From Chthoniobacteraceae bacterium (lineage in GTDB: Bacteria; Verrucomicrobiota; Verrucomicrobiia; Chthoniobacterales; Chthoniobacteraceae): DNA of 64,000 nt. Shown in pieces: positions 47,135 through 57,518 of the stretch (positions are counted from its first letter, which is position 1; every line of letters starts with the position of its first letter). The translations under genes were made by a program, and so were the position numbers. The stretch covers positions 1-64,000 of the forward strand of contig JBEBGD010000006.1 in the NCBI GenBank assembly GCA_040081625.1. Direction: 5' to 3'. Under the pieces are notes generated by a model. It had not been told where the DNA came from. It saw nothing but the letters and a program-made list of their open reading frames with translations, and searched no databases.

Positions 47135-47962
47135 TCAGGCGATGCCGTAGAAGCGCGCCGCGTTTCCGCCGAAGAGCGCTGCTTGCTGCGCGGGATCAAG
47201 GTGCGCCGCGTAGTCGTGCACGAGGCCGAAGGTCTCCGGATAGCTGCCCGAGAGCAGGCACACGGGCCAGTCGCTGCCGAACATCAACCGCTCGACTCCG
47301 AACGCCTCGAGCACCACGTCGAGATACGGGCGGAAATCCTCCGCGCGCCACGCGCCATGCCGCGCCTCGGTCACCATGCCGCTGACTTTGCACATCACGT
47401 TCGGCGATTTCGCCAGCTCGCGGATCTGCGCCGCCCACGGCTCGACCGTGCCGTCCTTGATGAGCGGCTTTGCGATGTGATCGAGCACGAAGGGCTGCTC
47501 GGGAAAACGCCGCGCCAGCTCGATCGCGGCAGGGAGTTGCTTCGGAAAAATCAGGATGTCGTAGGCCAGGCCGAACGCCTTCAACTTCCCGATGCCGCGC
47601 AGGAAATCCGCGCCGAGCATGAACTGATCGTCCGGCTCATCCTGCACGACATGGCGCACGCCGCGGAACTTCGCGTGCGGCGCGAACTCCGCGAGCTGCT
47701 CCTCCACGCGCTCGCTGCGCAAGTCCACCCAGCCCACGACGCCGCGGATGATCGGCGCGTGATCCGCGAGCGTGAGCAGCCAGCGCGATTCCTCGACCGT
47801 CTGCCGCGCCTGCACGGCGATGCAGCCATCGAGCCCCGCGGCGGCGAGCAGCGGCGCGAGATCGTCCGGCAGCCAGTCGCGGTGCAGCGGCGAGCCTTGC
47901 GGGATCCACGGATATTGCGCGGCGTCGTAGCTCCAGAAGTGCTGGTGTGAGTCGAGGCGCAT
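47135..47962 (-). CDS. Amidohydrolase family protein (L-fuconolactonase-like)
   Basis: 'DSHQHFW', 'VLDHIAKP', 'CKVSG', 'RLMFGSDWPVC'. Confidence 0.9.
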   Translation of the reverse strand: MRLDSHQHFWSYDAAQYPWIPQGSPLHRDWLPDDLAPLLAAAGLDGCIAVQARQTVEESRWLLTLADHAPIIRGVVGWVDLRSERVEEQLAEFAPHAKFRGVRHVVQDEPDDQFMLGADFLRGIGKLKAFGLAYDILIFPKQLPAAIELARRFPEQPFVLDHIAKPLIKDGTVEPWAAQIRELAKSPNVMCKVSGMVTEARHGAWRAEDFRPYLDVVLEAFGVERLMFGSDWPVCLLSGSYPETFGLVHDYAAHLDPAQQAALFGGNAARFYGIA

Positions 47963-47965
47963 GGC

Positions 47966-48988
47966 TCAGGAGACGGCGACGACGGCCTTGATCACACGCG
48001 ACTCGGGCTTCAGCCACGTCGGGAAGGCGTCGATCATTTCATCGAAGCTCGCGCGGTGCGTGATCCACGGGCGCGTGTCGATCCTGCCGTCCTCGATCAG
48101 CTTGATGATGCGCGTGAAGTCGGGCGGGAGCGCGTTGCGGCTGGCGAGCAGCGTGAGCTCGCGGCGGTGCATGATCGGCGCGTGCGGGAAGGTGAGGTCG
48201 GACTGCGTGATGCCGACATAGACGACGCGACCGGAGAACGCGGCGAGGTTGAAGCACGCGGTCATCGACTTGTTCGAGCCGGTGGCATCGACGATCACGT
48301 CGGCCATCGCGCTGCCGGTTTGCTCGCGCAATTTCTCCAGCTCGGTGCCGTCGGCGAGCAGCGTGTCGGGCACGCCCATCGTGTCGCGGACGAAGGCGAG
48401 GCGTTGCTCGTTGATGTCGAGCACGAAGGTGCGCGCGCCGCTGAGCTTCGCGAACTCGATGACGCTCAACCCGATCGGGCCGGCGCCGATGACGAGCACG
48501 TTTTCGCCGGGTTGCGGGTTGCCGCGGTTCACGGCGTGGCAGCCGATGGCGAGCGTCTCGACGAGCGCGCATTGCTCGGGGGTGAGCGCGTTGGCGGGGT
48601 GGAGTTTTTCGGCGCGGATGAGGATGCGCTCGGTCATGCCGCCGTCGGACATCACGCCGATGACCTTGAGCTGCTCGCAGCAATTCGTCGCGCCCTTGCG
48701 GCACGGATGGCACTGGCCGCAATTCATGTAGGGCTCGACCGAGCAGCGGTCGCCGACCTTCACGTTGCGCACGCCATCGCCGATCGCGAGCACTTCGACG
48801 CCGAGCTCGTGACCGGGGATGCGCGGGTAGGAAAAGAACGGCATCTTGCCGAGGTAACCGGAGTAGTCGGTGCCGCAGATGCCGATGCGGTCGATGCGCA
48901 CGAGCGCCTGGCCGGCGCCGGGTGCGGCGGGTTCGGGGATGTCGATGCGGCGGAAGGTCTGCGGTTGATCGAGCGAAATGGCTTTCAT
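47966..48988 (-). CDS. Zinc-binding alcohol dehydrogenase (sugar-acid dehydrogenase-like)
   Basis: 'GICGTD', 'PGHE', 'CGQCHPC...NCC', 'IGAGPIG'. Confidence 0.92.
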   Translation of the reverse strand: MKAISLDQPQTFRRIDIPEPAAPGAGQALVRIDRIGICGTDYSGYLGKMPFFSYPRIPGHELGVEVLAIGDGVRNVKVGDRCSVEPYMNCGQCHPCRKGATNCCEQLKVIGVMSDGGMTERILIRAEKLHPANALTPEQCALVETLAIGCHAVNRGNPQPGENVLVIGAGPIGLSVIEFAKLSGARTFVLDINEQRLAFVRDTMGVPDTLLADGTELEKLREQTGSAMADVIVDATGSNKSMTACFNLAAFSGRVVYVGITQSDLTFPHAPIMHRRELTLLASRNALPPDFTRIIKLIEDGRIDTRPWITHRASFDEMIDAFPTWLKPESRVIKAVVAVS

Positions 48989-49066
48989 CGGAGGGCGCGC
49001 ATGGTGAATGAAATTGACGCGGCGCAAAGCGTTTCGTTTCTCGCCCCGTCAACTACGTCACATGCA

Positions 49067-50155
49067 ATGCGCCTCTCCTTCTTCTGCTTCTTCCTCAGCT
49101 TCATCGCCGCTGCTCCCGCCGAAATGAAACGCTCACTCTGCTGCAAGACGCCCGAGGGTGAGCCCGTCGAGATCTTCACGCTCACGAACGCACACGGGTT
49201 GCGCGCGCGGGTGCTCTCATGGGGCGCGACGCTCAGCGAGATGAGCGTGCCCGATCGCGCCGGGAAGCTCGCGGACGTGACGCTCGGCTTCGACGAACCG
49301 GAGCGCTATCTCCAGCCGCATCCGGCCTTCGGCATCATCGCCGGTCGCTTCGCGAACCGGATCGCGCTCGGAAAGTTCGCGCTCGACGGCCGCACTTACC
49401 AGCTCGCGACGAACAACGGCCCGAATCATCTCCACGGCGGAATGCGCGGCTTCGACAAATACGTCTGGCGCGCGGAGCCCGTGGGCACGAGCGCGGTGCG
49501 GTTCACGCATGTGAGCGCCGACGGCGACGAAGGCTACCCTGGCAAGCTCACGGTGAGCGTCACCTACACGCTCACGGAGGCCGATGAACTGCGGCTCGAC
49601 TACACGGCGACGACGAATGCGCCGACGGTGCTCAACCTCACCAACCACGCCTACTGGAACCTCGGCGACAGCGCGGACGTGCTCGCTCACACGCTGCTGT
49701 TGAATGCGTCGCGCTACACGGTCGTCGATGCGAGCAGCATCCCGACCGGCGAGCTGCGCGCGGTCGCGGGCACGCCGATGAATTTCACGAAGGCCAAGCC
49801 GATCGGTCGCGACATCGCCGCGCTCAAGGACGCGCCCGGCGGCGGATTCGATCACAACTGGGTCATCGACTCGCCGCGCCCCGGCGGCTTCGCGCTCGCG
49901 GCGGAGGCGCATGATCCGGCCTCGGGCCGCGTGATGCGCGTGTCCACCGATCAGCCCGGCGTGCAGTTCTACACCGGCAACTATCTCAAGTCCGTCGCCG
50001 GTCGCTCCGGCCGCATCTACGAAAAGCACGCGGGCTTCTGCCTCGAGACGCAACACTTCCCCGACTCGCCGAATCAGCCCGCGTTCCCGAGCACGGTGCT
50101 TCGGCCGGGGCAGACTTTCCGCAGCACGACCGTGCACGCGTTCAGCGTGCGGTAG
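49067..50155 (+). CDS. galM: Aldose 1-epimerase (mutarotase)
   Basis: 'GRFANRI', 'NHLHGG', 'GYPG', 'NLTNHAYWNL', 'QFYTGN', 'CLETQHFPDSPN'. Confidence 0.95.
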   Translation: MRLSFFCFFLSFIAAAPAEMKRSLCCKTPEGEPVEIFTLTNAHGLRARVLSWGATLSEMSVPDRAGKLADVTLGFDEPERYLQPHPAFGIIAGRFANRIALGKFALDGRTYQLATNNGPNHLHGGMRGFDKYVWRAEPVGTSAVRFTHVSADGDEGYPGKLTVSVTYTLTEADELRLDYTATTNAPTVLNLTNHAYWNLGDSADVLAHTLLLNASRYTVVDASSIPTGELRAVAGTPMNFTKAKPIGRDIAALKDAPGGGFDHNWVIDSPRPGGFALAAEAHDPASGRVMRVSTDQPGVQFYTGNYLKSVAGRSGRIYEKHAGFCLETQHFPDSPNQPAFPSTVLRPGQTFRSTTVHAFSVR

Positions 50156-50158
50156 GGA

Positions 50159-50437
50159 TCAGCCGCGCGAGCGGACCTTTTCCTTCTTCTCCTCGGCGTC
50201 CTCGGTCAGCCGCCGGATGTCGATGGTGAGCTGCTTCTCGAGTTGCTCCGCCTCCTCGTCCTTTCCGTCAAAGCGCGCCTTGGCGATCTGGTCGCGCAGG
50301 AAGACTTCGCGCTCGGCGATCTTGGCTTTGAGCTGCGAGTCGATCTCGGCGATCTCGGCCTTCTGCTTCGCGGTCATCTTGTGAGTCGGCGACGCTTTCT
50401 CGAGGCGCTCCATGGCGAGTTCGTAGGCTGATTTCAT
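50159..50437 (-). CDS. Small conserved coiled-coil hypothetical protein
   Basis: 92 aa starting MKSAYELAMERL; charged and helical, with typical codon usage. Confidence 0.8.
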   Translation of the reverse strand: MKSAYELAMERLEKASPTHKMTAKQKAEIAEIDSQLKAKIAEREVFLRDQIAKARFDGKDEEAEQLEKQLTIDIRRLTEDAEEKKEKVRSRG

Positions 50438-50539
50438 GCGCGCACCATGCAGCGCGATGGCCGCGTTGCCAAGTTTCCGAACGAACTGAAAAGATAAATC
50501 TCGCCTCGGGGTTATCCGCGGTGACGAATCCCGCCCGAC

Positions 50540-52039
50540 ATGTTCCGCCCCATTCTTTGCATCGCCTTTTGCATCCTCACGACTCTCGCGCACGCGGGAG
50601 TGAAAGCCGGCTTCGCCGAGCGCGACATCACGCCGGACGTCGGCATGGAGGTGCCCGGCGGTTACGGGAAGTCGTTCTCGAAACGCATCCACGACCCGTG
50701 CAAAGCGCGGGCGTGCGTGTTCGACGATGGGAAGAAAACGGTCGCGCTGGTCGGCCTCGATGCGCTCGTCGTGCCGAGGTCGCTCGTGCTCGAAGCGCGC
50801 GCGTTGATCCAGAAACGTTGCGGCATCGCGCCGGAAGCGGTGATGATCGGCGCGTCGCACTCGCACTCGTCGGGGCCGGTGGGGATGGTGCTGCCGGGCG
50901 AGTTCGATCACGCGTCGGACCTCGTGAAGGATCTCGCTTACAACAAGTCGTCGATGGCCGACGCGGGCTACCTCGCGAAGGTGCGCGACGCGATCGTCGA
51001 GGCTGTCGTCGCCGCGCACGAGTCGCGCGCGGAAGGCACGGCGAGCTTCGGCAGCGGGCGCGAGGAGACGGTCGCGTTCAATCGCCGCCTGCGCATGAAG
51101 AACGGGCTGGCCGCTTCACATCCGGGGCAGGGGAATCCGGACATCGTTGATTTCGCCGGGCCGGTCGATCCGGAGGTTGGCGTGATCGGTTATTGGAATC
51201 CCGAGGGCAAGCTCGTCGGCTGCGTCGTGAACTTCTCCTGCCACGCGACCGCGAGCGGGCCGTGGATTTCCGCGAACTGGATCTATTACATGGAGCGCGC
51301 GATCCAGGGCTTCTACCCGGACGCGAAGGTCGTCTTCCTCGCCGGCGCGTGCGGCGACGTGACGCAGGTGAACAATCTCGATCCGCACGCGCGACCCGAG
51401 AGCGATGCGTGGTCGCAGCTCGTCGGCGGGCGCGTCGGTGCCGAGGCGGTGAAGGTGCTCGTCGGCATGTCGCAGACGCGCGTGAGCGAAGTGCCGGTCG
51501 ATGTGCGCACGAAGCTCTGGAGCATCCCGCGTCGCAAGCCGTCGCCCGATCGGTTGAAGGCGGCGTTCGAGCTCGTCGTGAAGGATCCGAAGACCGCCGG
51601 GCCCGACTGGGTGTGGGCGAAGGAGACGGTGATGCTCGACGCGCTCATCGCGAAATGGCCGAAGGTCGAAGTTGAGGGGCAGGCGATCCAGATCGGGCCG
51701 GTCGTGTGCCTGTCGAGTCCCGCCGAGTATTTCTGCCAATACGGGCTCGATTGGAAAAAGGGCAGCGGCTTCCCGATGACATTCCCGGTCGAGCTCTCGA
51801 ACGGCATCGTCGGCTACGTGCCGACGCTCGAAGCGTTCGACCTCAAGACCGGCGGCGGCTACGAGACGCGGCTCACCGCTTACAGCAATCTCGAGATCAC
51901 CGCCGGCGACCAGATCCGCGACGTGGGTCTCGACCTTGCGCGCCAGCTCAAGCCCGCGCCGCTCCCGCAACGCCCGCTCGCCCCGCCGTTCAAGGGCGAC
52001 GGCTGGCTCTACGGCAACCAACCTCCGCAACGCGAATGA
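50540..52039 (+). CDS. Neutral/alkaline ceramidase-like metallohydrolase, exported
   Basis: Signal peptide; 'RDITP', 'HDPCKARA', 'ASHSHSSGP', 'NFSCHAT', 'GACGD', 'GYVPT...GGGYE'. Confidence 0.8.
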   Translation: MFRPILCIAFCILTTLAHAGVKAGFAERDITPDVGMEVPGGYGKSFSKRIHDPCKARACVFDDGKKTVALVGLDALVVPRSLVLEARALIQKRCGIAPEAVMIGASHSHSSGPVGMVLPGEFDHASDLVKDLAYNKSSMADAGYLAKVRDAIVEAVVAAHESRAEGTASFGSGREETVAFNRRLRMKNGLAASHPGQGNPDIVDFAGPVDPEVGVIGYWNPEGKLVGCVVNFSCHATASGPWISANWIYYMERAIQGFYPDAKVVFLAGACGDVTQVNNLDPHARPESDAWSQLVGGRVGAEAVKVLVGMSQTRVSEVPVDVRTKLWSIPRRKPSPDRLKAAFELVVKDPKTAGPDWVWAKETVMLDALIAKWPKVEVEGQAIQIGPVVCLSSPAEYFCQYGLDWKKGSGFPMTFPVELSNGIVGYVPTLEAFDLKTGGGYETRLTAYSNLEITAGDQIRDVGLDLARQLKPAPLPQRPLAPPFKGDGWLYGNQPPQRE

Positions 52040-52055
52040 AGGCGCTGATGTTGGG

Positions 52056-52168
52056 GACAGGATTGACAGGATTTTCAGGATTACAGGATTTCGCTGTCTC
52101 CCGGTTCATGCGCCCATCGAAACTCGCGACGTAATCCCGTTAATCTTGTGAATCCTGTCAATCCTGTC
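52056..52168. repeat. Inverted-repeat element built from 9-bp units (GACAGGATT ... AATCCTGTC)
   Basis: Left GACAGGATT GACAGGATT TTCAGGATT ACAGGATT; right AATCCCGTT AATCTTGTG AATCCTGTC AATCCTGTC. Confidence 0.9.
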
Positions 52169-54730
52169 CTCCTCCTCGCCGCGTCCGCTGCACTCGCCGC
52201 GACGCCTTCGCCACTCTCGCCGGACGACGCGCTCAAATCCTTCGAGGTCGCCGACGACCTGCGCGTCGAGCTTTTCGCCGCGGAGCCGCTCGTCGGGTCG
52301 CCGTGCGCGATCGCCTTCGACGCGAAGGGCCGCATGTTCGTCGCCGAGAATCGCGGCTACCCGCGCATGGACAACCCGCCGCTCGGCGTCATCGCGATGA
52401 TCGAGGACACGAACGGCGACGGGCGCATGGACAAGCGCACCGTCTTCGCCGACGGCCTCACGTATCCGAACGGCGTGATGCCGTGGAAGGACGGCCTGCT
52501 CGTGACGAGCGCGCCCGATGTGATCCTGATGCGCGACACGAACGGCGACGGCGTCGCCGACGAAAAGCGCGTGCTGTTCACCGGCTTCGACACCGCGAAG
52601 AGCACGCAGCTCCGCGTGAACGCGCCGCGCCTCGGCCCCGATGGCTGGATCTACCTCGCCGCCGGCCTGAGCCTCGGCACGATCAAATGCCCCGAGCATC
52701 CCGAGCGGCCCGAACTGAAAATGACGGGCGACGTGCGCTTCCACCCCGACACGCTCGAGATCGAAACCGTGGACGGCAAATCGCAGTTCGGCCAGTCGTT
52801 CGACGACTTCGGGCGCCGCTTCATCTGCATGAACCGCCTGCCCGTGCAGCACGTCGTGCTTTCGTCGAAGTGGCTCGGTCGCAATCCGAATTTCGCCTTC
52901 AGCGAAACCGTGCAGGACTGCAACGAGCGCCTCGTGAAGACCGCGATGAAAGGCGGCGGCGACGGCGTGCAGCTCTTCCCGATCAGCTCGAACATCACCA
53001 CCGCCGACTCGCACTTCGGCTCGTTCAGCGCGGCGTGCGGCATCTTCATCTGGCGCGGCGGCGCGCTGCCCGAGCGTTACGATGGCAGCGCGATCTCGTG
53101 CGACCCGACGGCCAATCTCATCCACGCCGATCGGCTCGAACCGCGCGGCGCGACGTTCAACGCGGTGCCGCTGCTCAAGGGCCGCGAATTGCTCGCCTCG
53201 CGCGACGATTGGTTCCGCCCTGTCTTCGTCGAACGCGGGCCCGACGGCGCGCTCTACGTCGCCGACATGTATCGCAAGGTGATCGAGCATCCCGACTACC
53301 TGCCCGAGGAGGTGCGCAAGCACGCCGACTTCGAGAGCGGGCGCAACATGGGCCGCATCTGGCGCATCACCGCGAAGACGCCGCGCACCGTGAAGCCGCT
53401 CGCGCCGTTCAAGGACGAGTTCGCGCCGCTCCAGGCAGCCGCAAAGGACACCGCACTCGCCGCCAAGCTCGCGAACGATCCGAGCGCGCGCGTGCGCTTC
53501 TGCCTCGCGCTCGTCCTCGGCGACGTGAAGGACGACTCCGCCATCGCCACGCTCGCGCAGATCGCCGCGCGGGATGCCGGCGACAAGTGGGCGCGCGCCG
53601 CCGTGCTCAGCGGCATTGGCGGACGCGAGCCGCAATTTCTCCGCGCCGTGTGGCCGAAGCTCGCCGGCACGAGCGAGGGCGAACTCGAACTGCTCGGCAG
53701 CCTCGGGCGCTGCTTCCGCGACGCGGCGGTGCTGAGCGAGGCGATGGGCGCGGCGGAGCCCGGCGCGGCGGCGGGTGCGATCTGGTCCGGCTTCATCGAG
53801 CGCAACTCGGCGAAGACCGTGAAGGACACGCCTGCGTTCAAGAAGCTGCTCGAACTCTCCGCGCAGCAAGTCGCGCAGGCCACGGTGCCCGCCGCGCAGC
53901 GGCTCATCTTCGCGCGCCTGCTCGCCACCGGCACATGGGACAGCGCCGCGAAGTCGTTGCAGGCCGCGCTCGCCGCGAATCCCGACGAAGCACTCCGCAC
54001 CGCGCTCGTGCGCAGCCTCGCCACGCTCGATGCGAACCGCGCGGCCGAGGTGCTTCTCGCCGAGGGCAAGTGGACGACCTACAGCCCCGGCGTCCGCGAG
54101 ACCGTGCTCGCCGCGCTGGTCGGCCGCCCGACCCAACTCGAAGGCCTGCTCGCCGCCGTCGAAGCGAATCGTCTTCCCGCCAGCGCCTTCACCACGCAGC
54201 GCCGCACGACGCTGCTCAAGCACAAGGACGCCGCCATCCGCGAGCGCGCGGAGAAGCTCTTCAACGCCGGGCTCGGCGACCGCGCCGCCGCGCTGGAGCG
54301 CGCGAAGCAGGCGCTCACGCTCACCGCGAAGCCGGCGCACGGGCGCGAGATTTTCCGCCAGCTCTGCGCGACGTGCCACCGGCTCGATCGCGAGGGCGTC
54401 AACGTCGGCCCCGATCTTTTCGACATGCGCCGGCAGACCAAGGACATCATCGTCTTCCACCTCGTCATGCCCGATGCCGAGATCGCGCCCGCGTTCGCGT
54501 TCTACTCGTGCGAGGCAAAGGACGGCCGCGCCTTCGCCGGGCTGCTCGTCTCCGAGACGCCGACGAGCGTCACCATCCGGATGCCCGGCGGTCTTGAGGA
54601 GACCGTGCTGCGCAACGACATCAAGACTCTCGCCGCGATGCCCGGCTCGCTGATGCCGCCCGGCCTCGATGCCGCGATGCAGCCGCAGGACATCGCGGAT
54701 TTGGTCGCCTATCTCAAAGGCGAGCAGTAA
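52148..54730 (+). CDS. PVC-type heme-binding CxxCH protein (membrane-bound dehydrogenase + HEAT + cytochrome c)
   Basis: 'VELFAAEP', 'DTNGDG..D...VFADGL', 'WFRPV...GPDGALYVADMYR..IEHP', 'CATCH', 'GPDL', 'SLMPPGL'. Confidence 0.92.
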   Translation: MNPVNPVLLLAASAALAATPSPLSPDDALKSFEVADDLRVELFAAEPLVGSPCAIAFDAKGRMFVAENRGYPRMDNPPLGVIAMIEDTNGDGRMDKRTVFADGLTYPNGVMPWKDGLLVTSAPDVILMRDTNGDGVADEKRVLFTGFDTAKSTQLRVNAPRLGPDGWIYLAAGLSLGTIKCPEHPERPELKMTGDVRFHPDTLEIETVDGKSQFGQSFDDFGRRFICMNRLPVQHVVLSSKWLGRNPNFAFSETVQDCNERLVKTAMKGGGDGVQLFPISSNITTADSHFGSFSAACGIFIWRGGALPERYDGSAISCDPTANLIHADRLEPRGATFNAVPLLKGRELLASRDDWFRPVFVERGPDGALYVADMYRKVIEHPDYLPEEVRKHADFESGRNMGRIWRITAKTPRTVKPLAPFKDEFAPLQAAAKDTALAAKLANDPSARVRFCLALVLGDVKDDSAIATLAQIAARDAGDKWARAAVLSGIGGREPQFLRAVWPKLAGTSEGELELLGSLGRCFRDAAVLSEAMGAAEPGAAAGAIWSGFIERNSAKTVKDTPAFKKLLELSAQQVAQATVPAAQRLIFARLLATGTWDSAAKSLQAALAANPDEALRTALVRSLATLDANRAAEVLLAEGKWTTYSPGVRETVLAALVGRPTQLEGLLAAVEANRLPASAFTTQRRTTLLKHKDAAIRERAEKLFNAGLGDRAAALERAKQALTLTAKPAHGREIFRQLCATCHRLDREGVNVGPDLFDMRRQTKDIIVFHLVMPDAEIAPAFAFYSCEAKDGRAFAGLLVSETPTSVTIRMPGGLEETVLRNDIKTLAAMPGSLMPPGLDAAMQPQDIADLVAYLKGEQ

Positions 54731-54748
54731 GCATCTTCAACCAACCCT

Positions 54749-55792
54749 ATGAGCAAGAAATACAACGTCGCCGTCATCGGTTATGGCTGGGCCGCCGCCG
54801 CCCACATCGCCGCCATCAACGCCACCTCCAACGCGCAGGTGAAGGCCGTCTGGTCTTCGCGCCCGCTCGACTCGAATGAGCTGAGCGCGAAGCACGGCGG
54901 ATCGATCACCGCTTACTCCGACCTCGCCGCGATGCTCGCGAACCCGGACATCCACGCGGTCGATATCACGAGCTACCCGAACCAGCACGCGCAGCAGTTC
55001 ATCGCCGCGGCGAAGGCGGGCAAGCACATCATCGTCGAGAAGCCGCTCGCGATCGAGTGGAGCGAGATCGTCGCGATGAAGAAAGCCGCCGACGCGAGCG
55101 GCGCGAAAGTGTGCGTGTGCTTCGAGTGCCGGTGGTCGTCGCAGTTCGTCGCGACGAAGGCGACGATCGACGCGGGGCTGATCGGTTCGATCCATTACGG
55201 CGAGGTCGATTACTATCACGGCATCGGGCCGTGGTATGGGCAGTATCGCTGGAACACGAAGCGCGAACTCGGCGGCAGCGCGCTGCTCACCGCCGGCTGC
55301 CACGCGCTCGATGCGCTGCTGCTCTGCATGAACAGCGAAGTCGAGGAAGTGACCAGCTACGCGTCGCAGAGCGCGAACCCGGTCTTCGCCGCCTACGAAT
55401 ACAAGACCTGCGCGACCACGATCCTGCGCTTCGCGAACGGCGCGATCGGCAAGAGCGCGGCGGTGGTCGATTGCTTCCAGCCTTACTACTTCCACACGCA
55501 TCTCGTCGGCAGCGAAGGCTCGATCCTCGACAACAAATTCCACAGCCAGAAGCTCGGCCTGCACAAACACGCGTGGTCGCAGCTCAGCATGAAGATGCTC
55601 GATAGCGGCGACGTGAGCGATCACCCGTATCAGTCGCAGTTCCAGGCATTCTTCGACGCGCTGGAGCAGGGGAAGGACATGCCGCTCACGAGCTTCGCCA
55701 ACGCCTTCGCCACGCACCGCTGCATCGCCGCCGCGGACAAGTCCGCCGCCGAGGGCCGCCCGGTAAAGATCAGCGAGATCGCGACCGCTTAG
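54749..55792 (+). CDS. Gfo/Idh/MocA family oxidoreductase
   Basis: 'VAVIGYG', 'AGKHIIVEKP', 'GGSALLTAGCHALD'. Confidence 0.92.
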   Translation: MSKKYNVAVIGYGWAAAAHIAAINATSNAQVKAVWSSRPLDSNELSAKHGGSITAYSDLAAMLANPDIHAVDITSYPNQHAQQFIAAAKAGKHIIVEKPLAIEWSEIVAMKKAADASGAKVCVCFECRWSSQFVATKATIDAGLIGSIHYGEVDYYHGIGPWYGQYRWNTKRELGGSALLTAGCHALDALLLCMNSEVEEVTSYASQSANPVFAAYEYKTCATTILRFANGAIGKSAAVVDCFQPYYFHTHLVGSEGSILDNKFHSQKLGLHKHAWSQLSMKMLDSGDVSDHPYQSQFQAFFDALEQGKDMPLTSFANAFATHRCIAAADKSAAEGRPVKISEIATA

Positions 55793-55795
55793 GCG

Positions 55796-56566
55796 ATGCC
55801 ATCCGCCCTCGCGATCGCCGCGCACCCCGACGACATCGAATTCATCATGGCTGGGACGTTGCTCCAGCTCAAGGCCGCGGGCTGGGACATCCACTACGTG
55901 AACGTCTCGACGGGCAACATGGGCAGCACCGTGATGAGCGCCGCGCAGACCGCGCGCGTGCGACGCAAGGAGGCGCAGAACGCGGCGAAGATGCTCGGCG
56001 CGAAATGGTATGCGCCCTTCCGCGACGACATGGGGATCTTCTACACCGAGGAGAATATCCGCCGGCTGAGCGCGATCGTGCGGGCGGCGAATCCGACCGT
56101 CGTGCTCACGCACGCGCTCCAGGATTACATGGAGGATCACATGATCGTCGCGCGGCTCGCGGTGACGGCGACGTTCACGCGCGGCATCCCGAACTACCGC
56201 TCGATCCCGCAGCGCACGCCGAGCTTCACGCCCTGCACGATCTACCACGCGATGCCGCATGGCCAGTGCACGCCCACGCGCGAGCCGGTGACGCCGGAGC
56301 TGCTCGTGGACACGACGAGCGTCCACGCGACCAAGCGCGCATCGCTCGCGTGCCACGCGTCGCAGAAGGAGTGGCTCGACAAGTCGCAAGGCCAGGAGAG
56401 CTACCTCAACACGATGGACGACTTTTCGCTGCGGCTCGGAAAGCGGAGCAAAAGATTTCAGCACGCCGAGGGTTGGACCCGGCACTTGCACTACGGCTTC
56501 GGCGCGGAGGAAGATGATCCGCTCACCGACGTGCTCGGCAAAAAAACTCTCCGCCTTCGCAAATGA
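55796..56566 (+). CDS. PIG-L family deacetylase
   Basis: 'AHPDDIE', 'RRKEA', 'DYMEDH', 'LACHASQ'. Confidence 0.9.
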   Translation: MPSALAIAAHPDDIEFIMAGTLLQLKAAGWDIHYVNVSTGNMGSTVMSAAQTARVRRKEAQNAAKMLGAKWYAPFRDDMGIFYTEENIRRLSAIVRAANPTVVLTHALQDYMEDHMIVARLAVTATFTRGIPNYRSIPQRTPSFTPCTIYHAMPHGQCTPTREPVTPELLVDTTSVHATKRASLACHASQKEWLDKSQGQESYLNTMDDFSLRLGKRSKRFQHAEGWTRHLHYGFGAEEDDPLTDVLGKKTLRLRK

Positions 56567-57501
56567 ACTACCGCACCTCCAGCATCAGCCCCGATTGGTG
56601 GGACTACACCTGCCTGCCGCTTGATCTCGTCGATGAAGTCGCCCGCCTCACGCCGCGCGATGTCGAGAAGCTTTCGCGGCCCGGATTTCGCGTGGTCTTC
56701 TACGACACGCTCGAGGATTTCTACCTCGCCGAGGCGCTCGAATACATCACGGCGTGGAAGCAATCGACCGCGGACAATCCCGTGGGCATCTGCGGTCCGA
56801 TCGGGCCGACCGAGCAGCTCCCGCTCGTCGCGCGGCTCGTGACGGAACTCGGGCTCGATGTGCGCAGCGGACATTTCTGGGGGATGGATGAGTGGTTCGA
56901 TGTCGAGACGGGGAAGGAGACGCCGGTGTCGCATCCGCTGAGTTTCGAGAAGGCGGATCGCGAGATGTGCTTCAACAAGATCCCGAAGAAACTGCGGATG
57001 CCGGATGCGAACCTGCACTTCCCGAAAGCTGACACGGCGACTTACACGAAGTCCTACGATGCCGGTGTGCGCTGCGCGGTGATGCAAGGTGGCCAAGGCG
57101 ACGTGAAGCACTGGGCCTTCAACGATCCGCCCGCGCGCAAAGGCAAATACAAGGCCGCGCCGCCGACGCCCGCCGAGTATCGCAAGCTGGCGACACGCGT
57201 GGTCGATCTGCACCCGCTCACGATCGCGCAAAACGCGCGCACGAGCGGCGGCGGGAACATTTCGATGGTGCCGACCAAGGCGATCACCGTCGGCCCGGTC
57301 GAGACGTGGAAGGCGGAGAAGGTGTCGATCTGGCAGGCGGGCACGCACGACAATCCGTTCGGTCAGCGGCTCACGGCTTACATGATCTCGAAGCGGCTGC
57401 CGAGCGCGTGCGTGCCGATGTCGCTGCTCGCGGATCATCCGAACGTGCAATTCAACTACTACCGCGGCGGCCTCGGCTCGTGCGCGGTGGAGATGCACTG
57501 A
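56563..57501 (+). CDS. Glucosamine-6-phosphate isomerase/deaminase-like protein
   Basis: 'CGPIGPT', 'FWGMDEW', 'HPLSF', 'GGQG...HWAFNDP', 'VPTKAITVG'. Confidence 0.8.
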   Translation: MNYRTSSISPDWWDYTCLPLDLVDEVARLTPRDVEKLSRPGFRVVFYDTLEDFYLAEALEYITAWKQSTADNPVGICGPIGPTEQLPLVARLVTELGLDVRSGHFWGMDEWFDVETGKETPVSHPLSFEKADREMCFNKIPKKLRMPDANLHFPKADTATYTKSYDAGVRCAVMQGGQGDVKHWAFNDPPARKGKYKAAPPTPAEYRKLATRVVDLHPLTIAQNARTSGGGNISMVPTKAITVGPVETWKAEKVSIWQAGTHDNPFGQRLTAYMISKRLPSACVPMSLLADHPNVQFNYYRGGLGSCAVEMH

Positions 57502-57518
57502 TCCGGCCCGGGCGCGCC

